From: Alphaproteobacteria bacterium
Lineage (GTDB): Bacteria; Pseudomonadota; Alphaproteobacteria; SP197
Length of the DNA: 64,000 bases
Direction: 5' to 3'
Assembly (NCBI GenBank): GCA_964291265.2
Contig: OZ219747.1
Span: forward strand, 1,664,001 to 1,728,000
Numbering within the stretch: the stretch's first letter is position 1; the number at the start of each line of letters is the position of its first letter. Position numbers and translations under genes: made by a program. Below are positions 21,575-32,104 of the stretch, piece after piece. Below the pieces are notes generated by a model, which was not told the DNA's origin, ran no database searches, and worked only from the letters and a program-made list of their open reading frames with translations.

Positions 21575-22259
21575 GGTGGCGCCCCTGATCGGCGTCGAGC
21601 GTCAGCGGCACGAGGAGTGCTGCGGCGTAAAGGCGTGCTTCATCATCCCTCACCATCGGCGGATGTTCGGCGAAGCGATCGATCTCGCGGCCCCGGACGG
21701 GTTCTCCGAGCCAGTGCGCCATGGCGGCGGCCGCCGACTCGCGATGGCCGAAGGCGTCGCGCCGACACGCCATGGCTGCTTCCATGGCGTGCCGATCGCC
21801 GCAACAGGCGGCGCGTTCGGCCTCGATGAGGGCCATGCCCGCGTGGAGCATCCTGCGGCATCGCTGGCGTGCGATGTCGGGATAGACGCCGCGATGCTTC
21901 GATTCGAGCCGCATGTGAAAGAGCGAACTGCGGGCACGGACGCCAAGCGACATTCTCTCGACCCAGGGACCGGCGGACCGCCATGCCTCGAGCGCGGCGG
22001 TGAGTCCGGCTTCGGCACCTTCCGGCCCCGGAGCCATCAGAGCAAGCGCATGAGACGTTGCTGCCCGCCTCGGATCGTCCGGCTCGAAGCCCGCGGCCAT
22101 CGCGCCGGCCTCACTGCAACACGCTGCCGCATGGGCGGGATCGTCGTCGAGCCAGGCTGCGCGGGCTCCCGCCATCCACGCCACCCACAGGTCGTCCCCC
22201 AGGCGCCAGCCGGAGTCGCTGTCCCTATCCTCCGAGGTAGGCACGGCGGACGTGTTCAT
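21540..22259 (-). CDS. Hypothetical alpha-helical protein downstream of livF
   Basis: Ala-rich protein-like ORF (DDPRRAATSH, RARSSLFHMRLE) co-oriented with livG-livF; start uncertain. Confidence 0.55.
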   Translation of the reverse strand: MNTSAVPTSEDRDSDSGWRLGDDLWVAWMAGARAAWLDDDPAHAAACCSEAGAMAAGFEPDDPRRAATSHALALMAPGPEGAEAGLTAALEAWRSAGPWVERMSLGVRARSSLFHMRLESKHRGVYPDIARQRCRRMLHAGMALIEAERAACCGDRHAMEAAMACRRDAFGHRESAAAAMAHWLGEPVRGREIDRFAEHPPMVRDDEARLYAAALLVPLTLDADQGRHLNAAMRGALRA

Positions 22260-22935
22260 TCTCGCGCAGCACATCGGCCGGTCCGTGCAATGTGATGCGG
22301 CCGGTCTCGAGCACATAGCCGTAACTGGCGAGGTGAAGTGCCAGGCTGGCGTTCTGCTCGACGAGAATGACGGGGCAGCCCTTGAGGTGAATATCGCCGA
22401 TGATCGCGGCAATCTCCTGCACCATCAGGGGCGACAGTCCGATCGAGGGCTCATCCATCAGCAACAGTCGCGGCGCCGCCATCAGGGCGCGTCCCATTGC
22501 CAGCATCTGCTGTTCGCCGCCCGACAACGTCTTGGCGTACTGGCTGCGCCTCTCGCGCAGTCGGGGAAAGTGGTCATACACCATGTCGAGATCGGCACGG
22601 ACCGATGGACCGTTGCGGCGAAGATAGGCTCCTGTCATCAGGTTTTCCAGAACCGTCAGTTCCGGGAACACACGGCGGCCCTCGGGGACATGGGCAATGC
22701 CTCGGGCGACAATCCGGTCAGGCTCGAGTCCGTCAACTCTCTCGCCTTCGAACAGGATCGTGCCCCTGGTGGGACGATTGAGCCCGGAGAGCGTACGCAG
22801 GGTCGTCGACTTTCCCGCTCCGTTGGCGCCGATCAGGGTGATGATGTCAGCCGCCTCCAGACTGAGGTCGATTCCCTTGACGGCGCGGACCTTGCCGTAG
22901 TGAACCTCGAGGTCCGTCACCTTCAGGAGAGTCAC
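22225..22935 (-). CDS. livF: Branched-chain ABC ATPase (LivF-like)
   Basis: GANGAGKST, VPEGRRVF, LSGGEQQMLA, DEPS.GL.P; GTG start overlapping the livG stop. Confidence 0.92.
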   Translation of the reverse strand: MTLLKVTDLEVHYGKVRAVKGIDLSLEAADIITLIGANGAGKSTTLRTLSGLNRPTRGTILFEGERVDGLEPDRIVARGIAHVPEGRRVFPELTVLENLMTGAYLRRNGPSVRADLDMVYDHFPRLRERRSQYAKTLSGGEQQMLAMGRALMAAPRLLLMDEPSIGLSPLMVQEIAAIIGDIHLKGCPVILVEQNASLALHLASYGYVLETGRITLHGPADVLRENEHVRRAYLGG

Positions 22936-23711
22936 GCTACGTCCTCGATCGGGGTCCCGAGATAGGCATCGATCACCCGGGGATTGGCGCGGATCGCCTC
23001 GGGGTCGCCCTCGGCAAGGAGGCTGCCGAAGTCGAGCACGGTAATGGTCTCGCACAGACCCATGACCGCCTGCATGTCGTGCTCGACGAGCAGAATGGTG
23101 ACTCCCCGATCCCGCACCTGGCGCACGAGATCCATCATGCGGCGCGTCTCGTCCGGATTCATGCCCGTGAACGGCTCGTCGAGCAGGAGAAGCCGCGGCT
23201 CCGCGGCGAGGGCAACGGCGACCCCCAGGGTGCGCTGGAGGCCATGGGGGAGGTTGGCGCACGACTCGCCGGCAACTCCGTCCATCCCCATGAATGCGAG
23301 GATCTCCTCCACCCGGGCCAGGGCCTGTTCCTCACGCTCCCGTTGCCGGCCGAGGAGGACGCTCAAGAGCCCGGTCCTGGCGCCGAGGTGGCAACCGGCG
23401 AGAACATTCTCGGCGACGGTGAGTTCGTGGAACAGTGTCGTCGCCTGGAACGTGCGCACGAGACCGAGTGCGGCGATGGCGTGGGGCGCCATGCCCGAGA
23501 TGTCACGTCCGACATAGATCACGCGTCCCCTCGTCGGCCTGTAGAAGCCCGAGATCACGTCGAAGGTCGTGGTCTTGCCGGCACCGTTGGGTCCGATGAG
23601 GCCGTGGATCGCACCCTCCTCCACGGTGAAGGAGAGGTTGTCGACTGCCGTCAGACCACCGAAGCGTCTTGTCAGGCCCTCGATGTTCAGCATGTCCGCC
23701 CGCTGCCCCAT
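22932..23711 (-). CDS. livG: Branched-chain ABC ATPase (LivG-like)
   Basis: FGGL.AV, GPNGAGKTT, RTFQ, LLVEHDM, V..AYLG. Confidence 0.92.
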   Translation of the reverse strand: MGQRADMLNIEGLTRRFGGLTAVDNLSFTVEEGAIHGLIGPNGAGKTTTFDVISGFYRPTRGRVIYVGRDISGMAPHAIAALGLVRTFQATTLFHELTVAENVLAGCHLGARTGLLSVLLGRQREREEQALARVEEILAFMGMDGVAGESCANLPHGLQRTLGVAVALAAEPRLLLLDEPFTGMNPDETRRMMDLVRQVRDRGVTILLVEHDMQAVMGLCETITVLDFGSLLAEGDPEAIRANPRVIDAYLGTPIEDVA

Positions 23712-23958
23712 GGATTTCCATGGCCGTGCACGATATGCAGTCCCTGTCGTTCGTTCAGCGCTCCAGGCATGTCAGCCAGCGGATCCATCTCTGTTCGAGC
23801 AGGACTATTCCGCACGCCAGCCGCGTCATCAAGGGGCCTTCCCCTGAGATGCTGCGCCTGCTCCCCGCCGCACGCAGGACCCTTCACCGTTGCCGCGGCC
23901 GGACCCTCGCCGGACTTCCGCAACCCGGTGCGCGACTTGACGGTTTCCCGCCCGGGAC

Positions 23959-26309
23959 CTTTCAAAGCGCCAGACTTGTATAGGTGATTCGTTTCGTGCA
24001 TGCTGCGGGCATGCAGGTTGGTCTCCGCCATTTCGATTCGCAGACGCTTGACTGGTTTGCCGGCGCGTTGCGCTCCGCCGACGCCACCCGTCACGGTCTG
24101 GCACGCGAGCTTTGCGAGCGCACCGGCTGGCGCAACGCGCTCGGCCGTCCGTGCCTGTCGGCGGCGGCGAAGGTGCTGCCGGCGCTCGCCGAGCGCGTGG
24201 GGTTGGAGCTTCCGCTGCCGCGGAGCGTGCCCGATCCGACCGTCGTGCCCGCCGTCCCGGCCGGTGACGTCCCCGACACCAAGCTGGTCTGCCTGCTGGA
24301 GGATCTCGGCCCGGTCTCGCTCGAACCGGTGGGCGACGCCGACGATCGCCGGCTGTGGGAGGCGATGATGGCGACGCACCACCCGCTGGGATGGACGCGC
24401 TCGCCCGGCGGCCAGGTGCGCACCTGGATCCGCTCGCAACGCCACGGCACCCTCGGCGGGATCGGCTTCGGGTCCGCGACCTGGCAGCTGCGGGCGCGGG
24501 ATGAGTGGATCGCATGGTCCGCCGACGCCCGTGCCGCCAACATCGAGCGTGTGATCTGCGGTCATCGGTTTCTCCTGCTTCCCGGCGTTCGGGTCTACGG
24601 ACTGGCGTCTGAGGGTCCTGCGCATGGCGGCGGAGCGCATCGCCGACGATTGGGAGGCTCGCTATGCGGTGCGCTAAGGTGGCGGCCTACACTCATGTCG
24701 GTGCGGAGCACAGCGGCTATTGCTACCACTGCGCCGGCTGGACCGTGGCCGGGCGGACCAGCGGACGCCGCGGCAAGGTTGGCACGGTGCGGGTCCTGGC
24801 CCTGGAGAGCGGCTGGCGGACGGTGCTCCACGGGACACAGCGCCGTCCACTCGGCGCCCTCGCGGGCGTCTATGACGGCACTGACGCGGACTGGGCGGAG
24901 CGGGAGTACGGGCGCACGCGCCATACCGACGGTCGGGTGCGACGACGCATCGTTGACATGGGCCGGGCCTGGATGAAGAACATGGGGGAGGACCTGCCGA
25001 TCATCTTTCCCGAGAAGGCGGAGCAGAAGGCCGCTTATCGGTTGCTGTCGAACCCGAGGGTATCCATGGAGCACGTTCTGGAAGCGCATGTTGAGGCGAC
25101 CGTGGAGCGTTGTCGGACAGAGCCTCTTGTCCTGGCGATACAGGACACGACGGCGATCAACTACAGCGGCTTGGAGGCCACGAAGGGTCTGGACAAGATC
25201 GGCGGCGGTGGCAAGGGGAGCGTCGGCATCCTCGCCCACGCCGGTCTGGCGGTGACGTCGGAGGGCCGGCCGCTGGGCCTGTTCACGATGGATGCGGCCT
25301 TTCGGCAGGAGCCCGGGGAGGACAGTCAGCGCTGGGTCACCGGGCTTGAGCGGGCCCGGGAGCTCGCGGCGGCCTGCCCGGACACGCGTGTCGTCTCGGT
25401 CTGCGACCGCGAGGGCGACTTCTGGGAACTGCTCGCCCATGCCGCGGACGCCGGGGCCGCGCTGCTGGTGCGTGCGAGCCGTTCGGCGAAACAGCGCGTG
25501 GGTGAGCCCGACGGCAAAAAGAAGTGCCTGTGGAAGCATGTCGCGGCCCGGCCGCTGGTGGCGGTGACGGAGCTGACGATCCCGGCCGCTGGCGGCCCGC
25601 GCGCCCGCAAGGAGCGCGTCGCCCGTCTCGAGATCCGCACGGCACAGGTCGAGGTGGCGCCGCCGCAAAAGGAGCGCGACGCGGAGCCTGTGTCCATGTT
25701 CGCGGTCTCGGCCAGCGAGGCCGGAACCGGTGACGGCGACGAGGCCCTGCACTGGCTGCTGCTGACCACCGAGCGCCCGGCACCAGGGGAGGCCGAGGCC
25801 GTGCACGCGGCGACCGTCCTGGGCTGGTACCGGACGCGATGGAGCATCGAGACCTGGTTCCGCACGCTGAAGACCGGGACCCGGATCAAGGACCGCCGGC
25901 TCGACAGGGCCGACGACCTGAAGACGTGCCTTGCCTTCGACGCCGTCACCGCCGTCCATGTTGCCGACCTGACCGTGCTTGTCCGCGAGCGTCCCTTGAC
26001 CCCGGCGAGCGAGGTGTTTGCCGAGGAGGACATCGACCTGCTCGGCACGCTGCTGGAATCCCAGGGTCACCGGGAGGTCCGGGCGATGGGCGATGTCCGT
26101 GCCGTCGTCATCGGCCTTGGGCGCCTCGTCGGGTGGCATCCCACACGCCGCGCCAGACGCTCCCGGGAGCGAAGAAGCTCTGGCAGGGTCTCGAAAGGCT
26201 GAACTGGGCGATCCAGGTGCGTGACGCACTTAGCGAGAGAAGGCGGCGCGAAGCACTCGGTGAGAGAAGGCGGGAGTAACATCCGTATATAAGTGTGGGT
26301 GGTTGAAAG
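23959..26309 (+). mobile_element. IS4-family (IS50/Tn5-like) element, copy 1, 2351 bp
   Basis: 9-bp TSD GCCCGGGAC at 23950-23958 and 26310-26318; TIRs CTTTCAAAGCGCCAGACTTGTATA / CTTTCAACCACCCACACTTATATA. Confidence 0.92.
23984..26279 (+). pseudogene. Frameshifted DUF4338-like + IS4 transposase
   Basis: Near-identical to 47179-49470 but with +1 near 24610, +1 with TAA near 24675 and +2 near 26145. Confidence 0.88.
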
Positions 26310-26805
26310 GCCCGGGACGCGGCGGACTTCCGCGCCGACAACATCACCGGCCCCGCGTGTCATGCCGGCCATCGGGCGCCGTGCCCATGCTCGGGCGCTG
26401 CACCGGGCGGGATCGGTGCCGCGCCGGAACCACCGAGGACGCGGCGGGTTGCGACGACGAAGCTCCGAAAGGACATCTGGTTCCGGTCCTTCCGGCGAAA
26501 CTGGCCGTGCAGACCCAACCGCCGAAACCACTCCGACCGGACAGTCTTCACGGCTTCCTGACATGCCTGCCGATCCCCCTGTCTCGCCGTGCTGACCGGG
26601 AGTGCAGGCGGCCTATTCTGCTCGATCGTCCGTGAATCGAGACCGGCACGTGAGCCAAATCCCGGGTTGATCCACCGCGCGTTCCTGAATCACGAGGAGC
26701 ACTTCGTGATTGCGGGACGTTTCGTCGAAGGCCCGATCACCGCAAGATGAACCTCCTGGAGTTTGATCAGAAAGTTCCGGGAGTGTGGTTCCGCGGGATG
26801 TGGAG

Positions 26806-29067
26806 CTATAACCATCCCCGCTCGCGGAAAGGGCCCAGTTCCACGCCGGGCGGCGCGTACCAGCCCTTCGCCCCGTATCGGGCGCCCAAGCTGAACGCCA
26901 CGTCCTTGTTTCCGTACGGGATGCGAAGCGGCGTCGACGATCCCGCACGCCCATCGGCCGACGGTTCAGCCGTGACAGGAGCGGACCTCGCCGCCCCGGC
27001 TTTCCCCGCCCTGCGCGACTTCCCGCTCCGTGAGGCGGTGCCGGTCGGCCCGCCATCCGAGGCCGGCCCCTCCCGTTCCGGGTTCCGCCTCGGGGCATGT
27101 TCATCGAGGAACGCCCGGCAGATCGCCGCCGACTTCGTGTATCCGGCCGGCGGCCTGATCCCCTTGCTCTTCGTGATCGACGCCGCGAACTTCCGCATCT
27201 TCGCCGTCGGAGGCCTGTCGCCGCCTTCGGCTTCGCCCGGGACCATGTCCTCCGCATCCGCACCGCGTTCCCCGAGCCGGCCGATGATGCGCCGGGCCGA
27301 ATCGCAGACCGCGTCGATCGCCCCCGTCATCTCCTGCCGGCCGGTCAGGACATCGTCGAGCAGACACTCGAGTTCCGCCGTCACGCCCGGATCCACCAGC
27401 GCGGGATCGGCGCGCTTCAAGACACCGAACAGTGCGAGGCCCCGCTCGGTGGGCACGATGTTCTTCCCCTGCGCCGTCAGGAATCCCTGTTTCTTCAGGC
27501 CCGAGATGATCTCCGCCCGCGTCGCCGGGGTGCCGATCCCCTTCGCCTCCCGCAGACGCTCGCGGAGCGCTTCGTTCTCCACGAAGCGCCATGCGTTCTG
27601 CATGGCCTCGATCAGCGTGCCTTCCTGGTAACGCGGCGGAGGGCGCGTCTGTCTGTCCTCGACCTCGGGATCGCTGAGGCGTGCGGCCTCCCCGTCCCGC
27701 AGGGACGGCAGCGCCTGCGCCGCCTCGCCCTTGTCCTCGTCGGGCCGCCAGTCCGGAAAGGCTCCGCGCCAGCCGGCCTCGATGGACTGGCGCCCGGCGG
27801 CCCGGAACTCGAAGCCCCGCACGTCCATCGTCACCGTGGTCTGCCGGTAGCGGTAGTCCGGCATGACAGAGGCCAGGTAGGATCGGGCCACGGCATCGAA
27901 CAGCTTCTTCTCGTCCGCCGTGAGACGAGGCCAGACCTCGCGCAGGTCGTCGACCCTGTTCACGTTGGGGACGATCGCGTGATGGCTCGCGCCTTCCAGG
28001 CCCTTGTCGTGGAATGCGCCGTTCCTGCCCTTGCGGATCGCCGGTGGCGACGGCACCGGGATATCCGCGTAAGCCCGTCCTGCCCGCAGGCCCGCAACGA
28101 TCTTCGACACGTTCGCGGCGGCGGTCTCCGGCAGGTAGCGTACCTCGGCGCGGGGGTAGGTCAGGATCTTCTTGTCCTCCCCGTCGTAGAGTTCCTGCGC
28201 CACTTCCAGAGTTTTCGACGCCGTCCAGCCGAAGCGCGAGCTGCACAGCTTCTGCAGCGAGGGCAGGTCGTGCAGCCGCGGCGGGCGCTGGCGCTGGTCC
28301 TCGACCCGCACGCCGAGCGGTCCCTCGAAGTGCCGCGCCGTCGCGGCGACAGCCTCTGCCCTCAGGCGCTCGACGATGCGCTCCTTCGGCGCGTGACGCA
28401 TCCTGAACGCGGCGCCGGCGGCATGCGCCGTCGCCACGACCTCGAAATACGCGACCGGCACGAAGTCCCGGATCTCCAGTTCCCGCCGACAGGCGATTGC
28501 CAGCGTCGGCGTCTTGACCCGGCCGATCCCGATCACGCTCCGCGTGCCCCGGCCCAGCGTCACCGTCGCGGTGCGGGTGAGCGACAGGTTGTAGATCTGA
28601 TCCGCCTGCCGACGCGCCACCGCCGCCTCATAGAGCCGGGTGTGCTCGCCGTTGGGCCGGGCGCGCCGGAACGCGGTGCGGATGGTCTCCGCGTCCTGCG
28701 CCGTGAACAGCACCCGCAGCACCTCTCCCCGGTAGCGGCAGTGCTCCAGGATCTCCTGGCCGATCAGCTGTCCCTCGCGGTCGCAGTCGGTCGCGAGCCA
28801 GACTCGGTCGGTCGTCTTCAGCGCCTCCCGGATCGCCTTCAGCTTGGCCGCCTTGTTGCCGCCGGTGGCGGGCTTGGTGCCGTAGAGCCCGTCCGGCTTC
28901 AGCAAGGCCGTCGACCAGCGTTTCCAGGCAGGGTTCACGTCCTCCGGTTCGCACAGGTCGAGCAAGTGCCCCTCCGCCGCGAGAACCGCGCCGTAGCGCG
29001 AGCCCACGGCGCTGCGCACGTCCTTCGCCTGGCTCGCCTTCTCGGTGATGACGATCTGGCGCGTCAT
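26806..29067 (-). CDS. topB: Type IA DNA topoisomerase (Topo III-like) with small C-terminal DUF5710-like domain
   Basis: ITEKASQA, ATDCDREG (Toprim), IGRVKTPTL, LTYPR active Tyr, HHAIVP, GIGTPATRAEII; C-terminal LRIPY.NKD.A..LGARY...W. Confidence 0.88.
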   Translation of the reverse strand: MTRQIVITEKASQAKDVRSAVGSRYGAVLAAEGHLLDLCEPEDVNPAWKRWSTALLKPDGLYGTKPATGGNKAAKLKAIREALKTTDRVWLATDCDREGQLIGQEILEHCRYRGEVLRVLFTAQDAETIRTAFRRARPNGEHTRLYEAAVARRQADQIYNLSLTRTATVTLGRGTRSVIGIGRVKTPTLAIACRRELEIRDFVPVAYFEVVATAHAAGAAFRMRHAPKERIVERLRAEAVAATARHFEGPLGVRVEDQRQRPPRLHDLPSLQKLCSSRFGWTASKTLEVAQELYDGEDKKILTYPRAEVRYLPETAAANVSKIVAGLRAGRAYADIPVPSPPAIRKGRNGAFHDKGLEGASHHAIVPNVNRVDDLREVWPRLTADEKKLFDAVARSYLASVMPDYRYRQTTVTMDVRGFEFRAAGRQSIEAGWRGAFPDWRPDEDKGEAAQALPSLRDGEAARLSDPEVEDRQTRPPPRYQEGTLIEAMQNAWRFVENEALRERLREAKGIGTPATRAEIISGLKKQGFLTAQGKNIVPTERGLALFGVLKRADPALVDPGVTAELECLLDDVLTGRQEMTGAIDAVCDSARRIIGRLGERGADAEDMVPGEAEGGDRPPTAKMRKFAASITKSKGIRPPAGYTKSAAICRAFLDEHAPRRNPEREGPASDGGPTGTASRSGKSRRAGKAGAARSAPVTAEPSADGRAGSSTPLRIPYGNKDVAFSLGARYGAKGWYAPPGVELGPFRERGWL

Positions 29068-30896
29068 GGCGGGTCCTCGTGTGCCGGCGCGGCCGCGACG
29101 GCGGCCAGGAACGGCACGGCGAACTCCTTCAGCTTGGCCGCGCCCACGCCGTTGACCTCGGCGAACTCCGCCTCGGTGCGCGGGCGCCGGCGCACCATGT
29201 CGATCAGCGTCCGGTCGGGGAACACGACATAGGCCGGCACCCCGCGTTCCCGAGCGATCTCCAGACGCAATGCCTTGAGGGCGCCCAGCAGCGCCGCGTC
29301 CTCACCGGCAAGGGCCGGTTCTCCGGCTTCGCCGCGGACCGCGCCGCTTGCCCGGGCCCTTGCAGGCGAGCGCACGACCACGGTGTCCGCGCGGTAGAGG
29401 AATTCGCCGTCGCCGCGCAGCAGGCCCAGCCCCTTCTCCGTGATTACGATCCCCCCGTAGCCCCCGATGTCGATCCGCAGGAACCCCGTCGCCACCATCT
29501 GGCGGATCAGCGAGCGCCACTCGTTCTTGCCGCGCGCCGCCCCCACCCCGAAGGTCGGAAGCCGGTCATGGCCGAGGCGCGCAATCTTGTCTGTCCCGGT
29601 TCCCCGCAGGACGTCGATCAGGTGCGCGGCGCCGAAGCGCTGGCCCGTCCGCCAGGCGGCCGAGAGGATCTTCAACGCCTCCTCGGTCCCGTCGATGCGG
29701 GCTGACGGATCGAGGCAGACATCGCAGTTGCCGCACGCCTGGGTCCGCTCCCCGAAATACTCCAGCAGGGTCACACGCCGGCAGGCCGGCGCCTCGCAAT
29801 AGCCCAGCAGGGCGTCGAGGCGCCTGTGCTCCCGGCGCTTGCGCTCCGGTCCCGCCTCCTCGTCCTCGATGAACTGGCGGCGCATCCTGATGTCTCCGAG
29901 GCCGTACAGCATGTGCGCCTCGGCCGGCGCGCCATCGCGCCCCGCCCGGCCAATCTCCTGGTAGTACGCCTCGACGCTGCCCGGCAGGTCGGTGTGGAAG
30001 ACATAACGCACATCCGCCTTGTCGATCCCCATGCCGAAGGCGATGGTGGCGACGATCACAACCCCCGGCTCGGTCATGAACATGTTCTGGTGCGCCTCCC
30101 GCTCCTCCTTCGCCATGCCTGCGTGGTAGGGCAGCGCGCGAACCCCCTCGGACACCAGCATCGCGGCGGTCTCCTCGGTCTTGCGGCGCGACAGGCAGTA
30201 GACGATGCCGCTCTCGCCCTCGTGGCGGGAGATGAAATTCACGAGCTGGCGTTTCCACTCGCGCTTCATCTCCACCGTGAGCCTGATGTTGGAACGGTCG
30301 AAGCCGAGCACGAACTGCTCGGCCTGTCCGCCGAACAGCTTGTCCACGATATCGCTCCGCGTCACCTCGTCCGCGGTCGCCGTCAGCGCCGCGATCGGGA
30401 CACCGGGGAAGAGGTCGCGCAACCGGCACAGATCCTCGTATTCCGGCCGGAAGGCCGGGCCCCACTGCGAGATGCAGTGGGCCTCGTCGATGGCGAAGAG
30501 CCGGACCGGAAGGCGGGCAAGCGCCGCCAGCATGCGTTCCGTCATCAGCCGCTCGGGGGCCATGTAGAGTAGCCGCGTCCGCCCCTCCGCCGCCCTCCGC
30601 CATGCCGCGACGTTGGTGCTCCTGTCGTTCGCGGAGCTGATGCAGTCGGCGGCAACCTCCGCCAGCCGGAGCGCCGACACCTGGTCCTGCATCAGGGCGA
30701 TGAGAGGCGACACCACGACCGTGAGCCCGTCCATGACCAGGGCGGGGATCTGGAAGCAGAGCGACTTGCCCGAGCCCGTCGGCATCACGGTGAGCGCATG
30801 CCGGCCGTCGAGCAGCGCGCCGATCACCGCCTCCTGACCGGGACGGAACTCCTCGAAGCCGAAGACCTCCCGCAGCGCCTCCTGCGCCGCATGCAA
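29064..30896 (-). CDS. recQ: ATP-dependent DNA helicase RecQ
   Basis: FGF..FRPGQE, PTGSGKS, DEAHCISQWG, ATIAFGMGIDK, QEIGRAGRDG, CRR..CGNCDVC Zn site, RQC and HRDC domains; TTG start at 30896 preceded by GGAGG. Confidence 0.95.
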   Translation of the reverse strand: MHAAQEALREVFGFEEFRPGQEAVIGALLDGRHALTVMPTGSGKSLCFQIPALVMDGLTVVVSPLIALMQDQVSALRLAEVAADCISSANDRSTNVAAWRRAAEGRTRLLYMAPERLMTERMLAALARLPVRLFAIDEAHCISQWGPAFRPEYEDLCRLRDLFPGVPIAALTATADEVTRSDIVDKLFGGQAEQFVLGFDRSNIRLTVEMKREWKRQLVNFISRHEGESGIVYCLSRRKTEETAAMLVSEGVRALPYHAGMAKEEREAHQNMFMTEPGVVIVATIAFGMGIDKADVRYVFHTDLPGSVEAYYQEIGRAGRDGAPAEAHMLYGLGDIRMRRQFIEDEEAGPERKRREHRRLDALLGYCEAPACRRVTLLEYFGERTQACGNCDVCLDPSARIDGTEEALKILSAAWRTGQRFGAAHLIDVLRGTGTDKIARLGHDRLPTFGVGAARGKNEWRSLIRQMVATGFLRIDIGGYGGIVITEKGLGLLRGDGEFLYRADTVVVRSPARARASGAVRGEAGEPALAGEDAALLGALKALRLEIARERGVPAYVVFPDRTLIDMVRRRPRTEAEFAEVNGVGAAKLKEFAVPFLAAVAAAPAHEDPP

Positions 30897-31201
30897 CCGC
30901 CCTCCGTCCGGGACGGGGAGGTGCGTGTCCTCCGACGACGCTTCGATGTCCTTCGCAGACAGTCCAGGTGCGCTGCGACCGTCCGATCGAGAGGGAAACG
31001 CACTGTCCATGGCGCGGAGAGACATGAGGTGAAGCCCTACCACGAATCGCCATGGCGAGCAATGGCCGCAGAAGTGGAGTTCAGGACCATCCTCCGCCCG
31101 ATTCCTCGCGAGTTCGGGCATCCGCTGGGATTGTGCACACCAAACGCATCCACCGCGACCAACGTCAATACAGACTCAGACCTGACGAGGTTCCTGGGCA
31201 C

Positions 31202-31229
31202 TCATCGTCACCCTTGACCGAACGCTTAC
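31202..31229 (+). repeat. Left copy of 28/29-bp direct repeat (attL-like)
   Basis: TCATCGTCACCCT-TGACCGAACGCTTAC; matches 45055-45083 with one indel and one substitution. Confidence 0.75.
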
Positions 31230-31611
31230 CCTCATCGATGGCCTCTGTACCCTGAAGACTTCCGAGTGTCGTATCGATCCGGACTGATCATGGAACGCTC
31301 TGTGTGGCCGCGTGCCGAGAACTCATCCAACCATCACGTACGCGGCGAAGGTGATCGGCGGCATACCTCACTGAATTGCGGCGCCTGGAAGGGGTGTATG
31401 CTCAATGAAGTTGGGTTAAGGTAACCGCACCACTCAAGCATCGACGCATTCTCTCTCATATACAGACGCTGATACAACATGTTGCAGGCCCTGTCAACAT
31501 CATCGCGGCCACCCATCCGACGATGGTCTATCGTTTGTCCATCGTTGTATTGTTGCACTCGGGGAAGCAGGGCACCCATCCCGGCATGAGCACCTTGGAC
31601 ACAATCCTTGC

Positions 31612-31639
31612 TTGTCAAAGGCGATTTCTGTGGTATAGA
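31612..31639 (+). promoter_or_regulatory. Putative sigma70 promoter for the RHH operon
   Basis: TTGTCA-16 nt-TATAGA with an upstream TG (extended -10) in AT-rich DNA ahead of 31757. Confidence 0.4.
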
Positions 31640-31756
31640 AGAACGATATGAAACTTGACTGCTCAAGCATAATGTGAGAATCAACGAAGGTATTTTTTCC
31701 ACAGGAGGCCGATTGTGTCACCCCGCTTATCTGACCACAATGCCGCCACAGTTGCG

Positions 31757-32104
31757 ATGACATCCGGACGGGGAAGACGCCAGCGCGCGGTCATGGCGAG
31801 CGATGCCGAATGGGAGCGGATCGCCCGTGCGGCGGCATCGGCCGGCATGGAGGTCTCGCGCTTCGTCGTCCACCGTGCGCTGATGCCGGACACCCTGCCG
31901 CCGGATGTGATGCGCCGCGCCGTGCGCGAGATCCTGGTGCTCTCGAAACTCGAGGAGCGGCGTCTGCGCGAAGTGGGCGCCGGCAATGCCTGGGACGATA
32001 CCTGCGAAGCGGTCGACCGCTTCCTGGAGAGGGAGGGGGTGCTGGCGACGCTGACCGATCCCGGCGCGGCCAACCGCTGGAAGGCCGAGGGAGAGGACCG
32101 GTGA
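31757..32104 (+). CDS. Ribbon-helix-helix (MobC-like) protein 1
   Basis: RQRAVMASDAEWERIARAAASAGMEVSRFVVHRAL: beta-strand then two helices with the A...G.S.SRF/Y pattern. Confidence 0.7.
   Translation: MTSGRGRRQRAVMASDAEWERIARAAASAGMEVSRFVVHRALMPDTLPPDVMRRAVREILVLSKLEERRLREVGAGNAWDDTCEAVDRFLEREGVLATLTDPGAANRWKAEGEDR

Noticed and set aside
26688-26712. Hairpin AATCACGA-N-TCGTGATT downstream of topB
   Set aside because: Short, with no U-tract; cannot be told apart from chance or assigned a function
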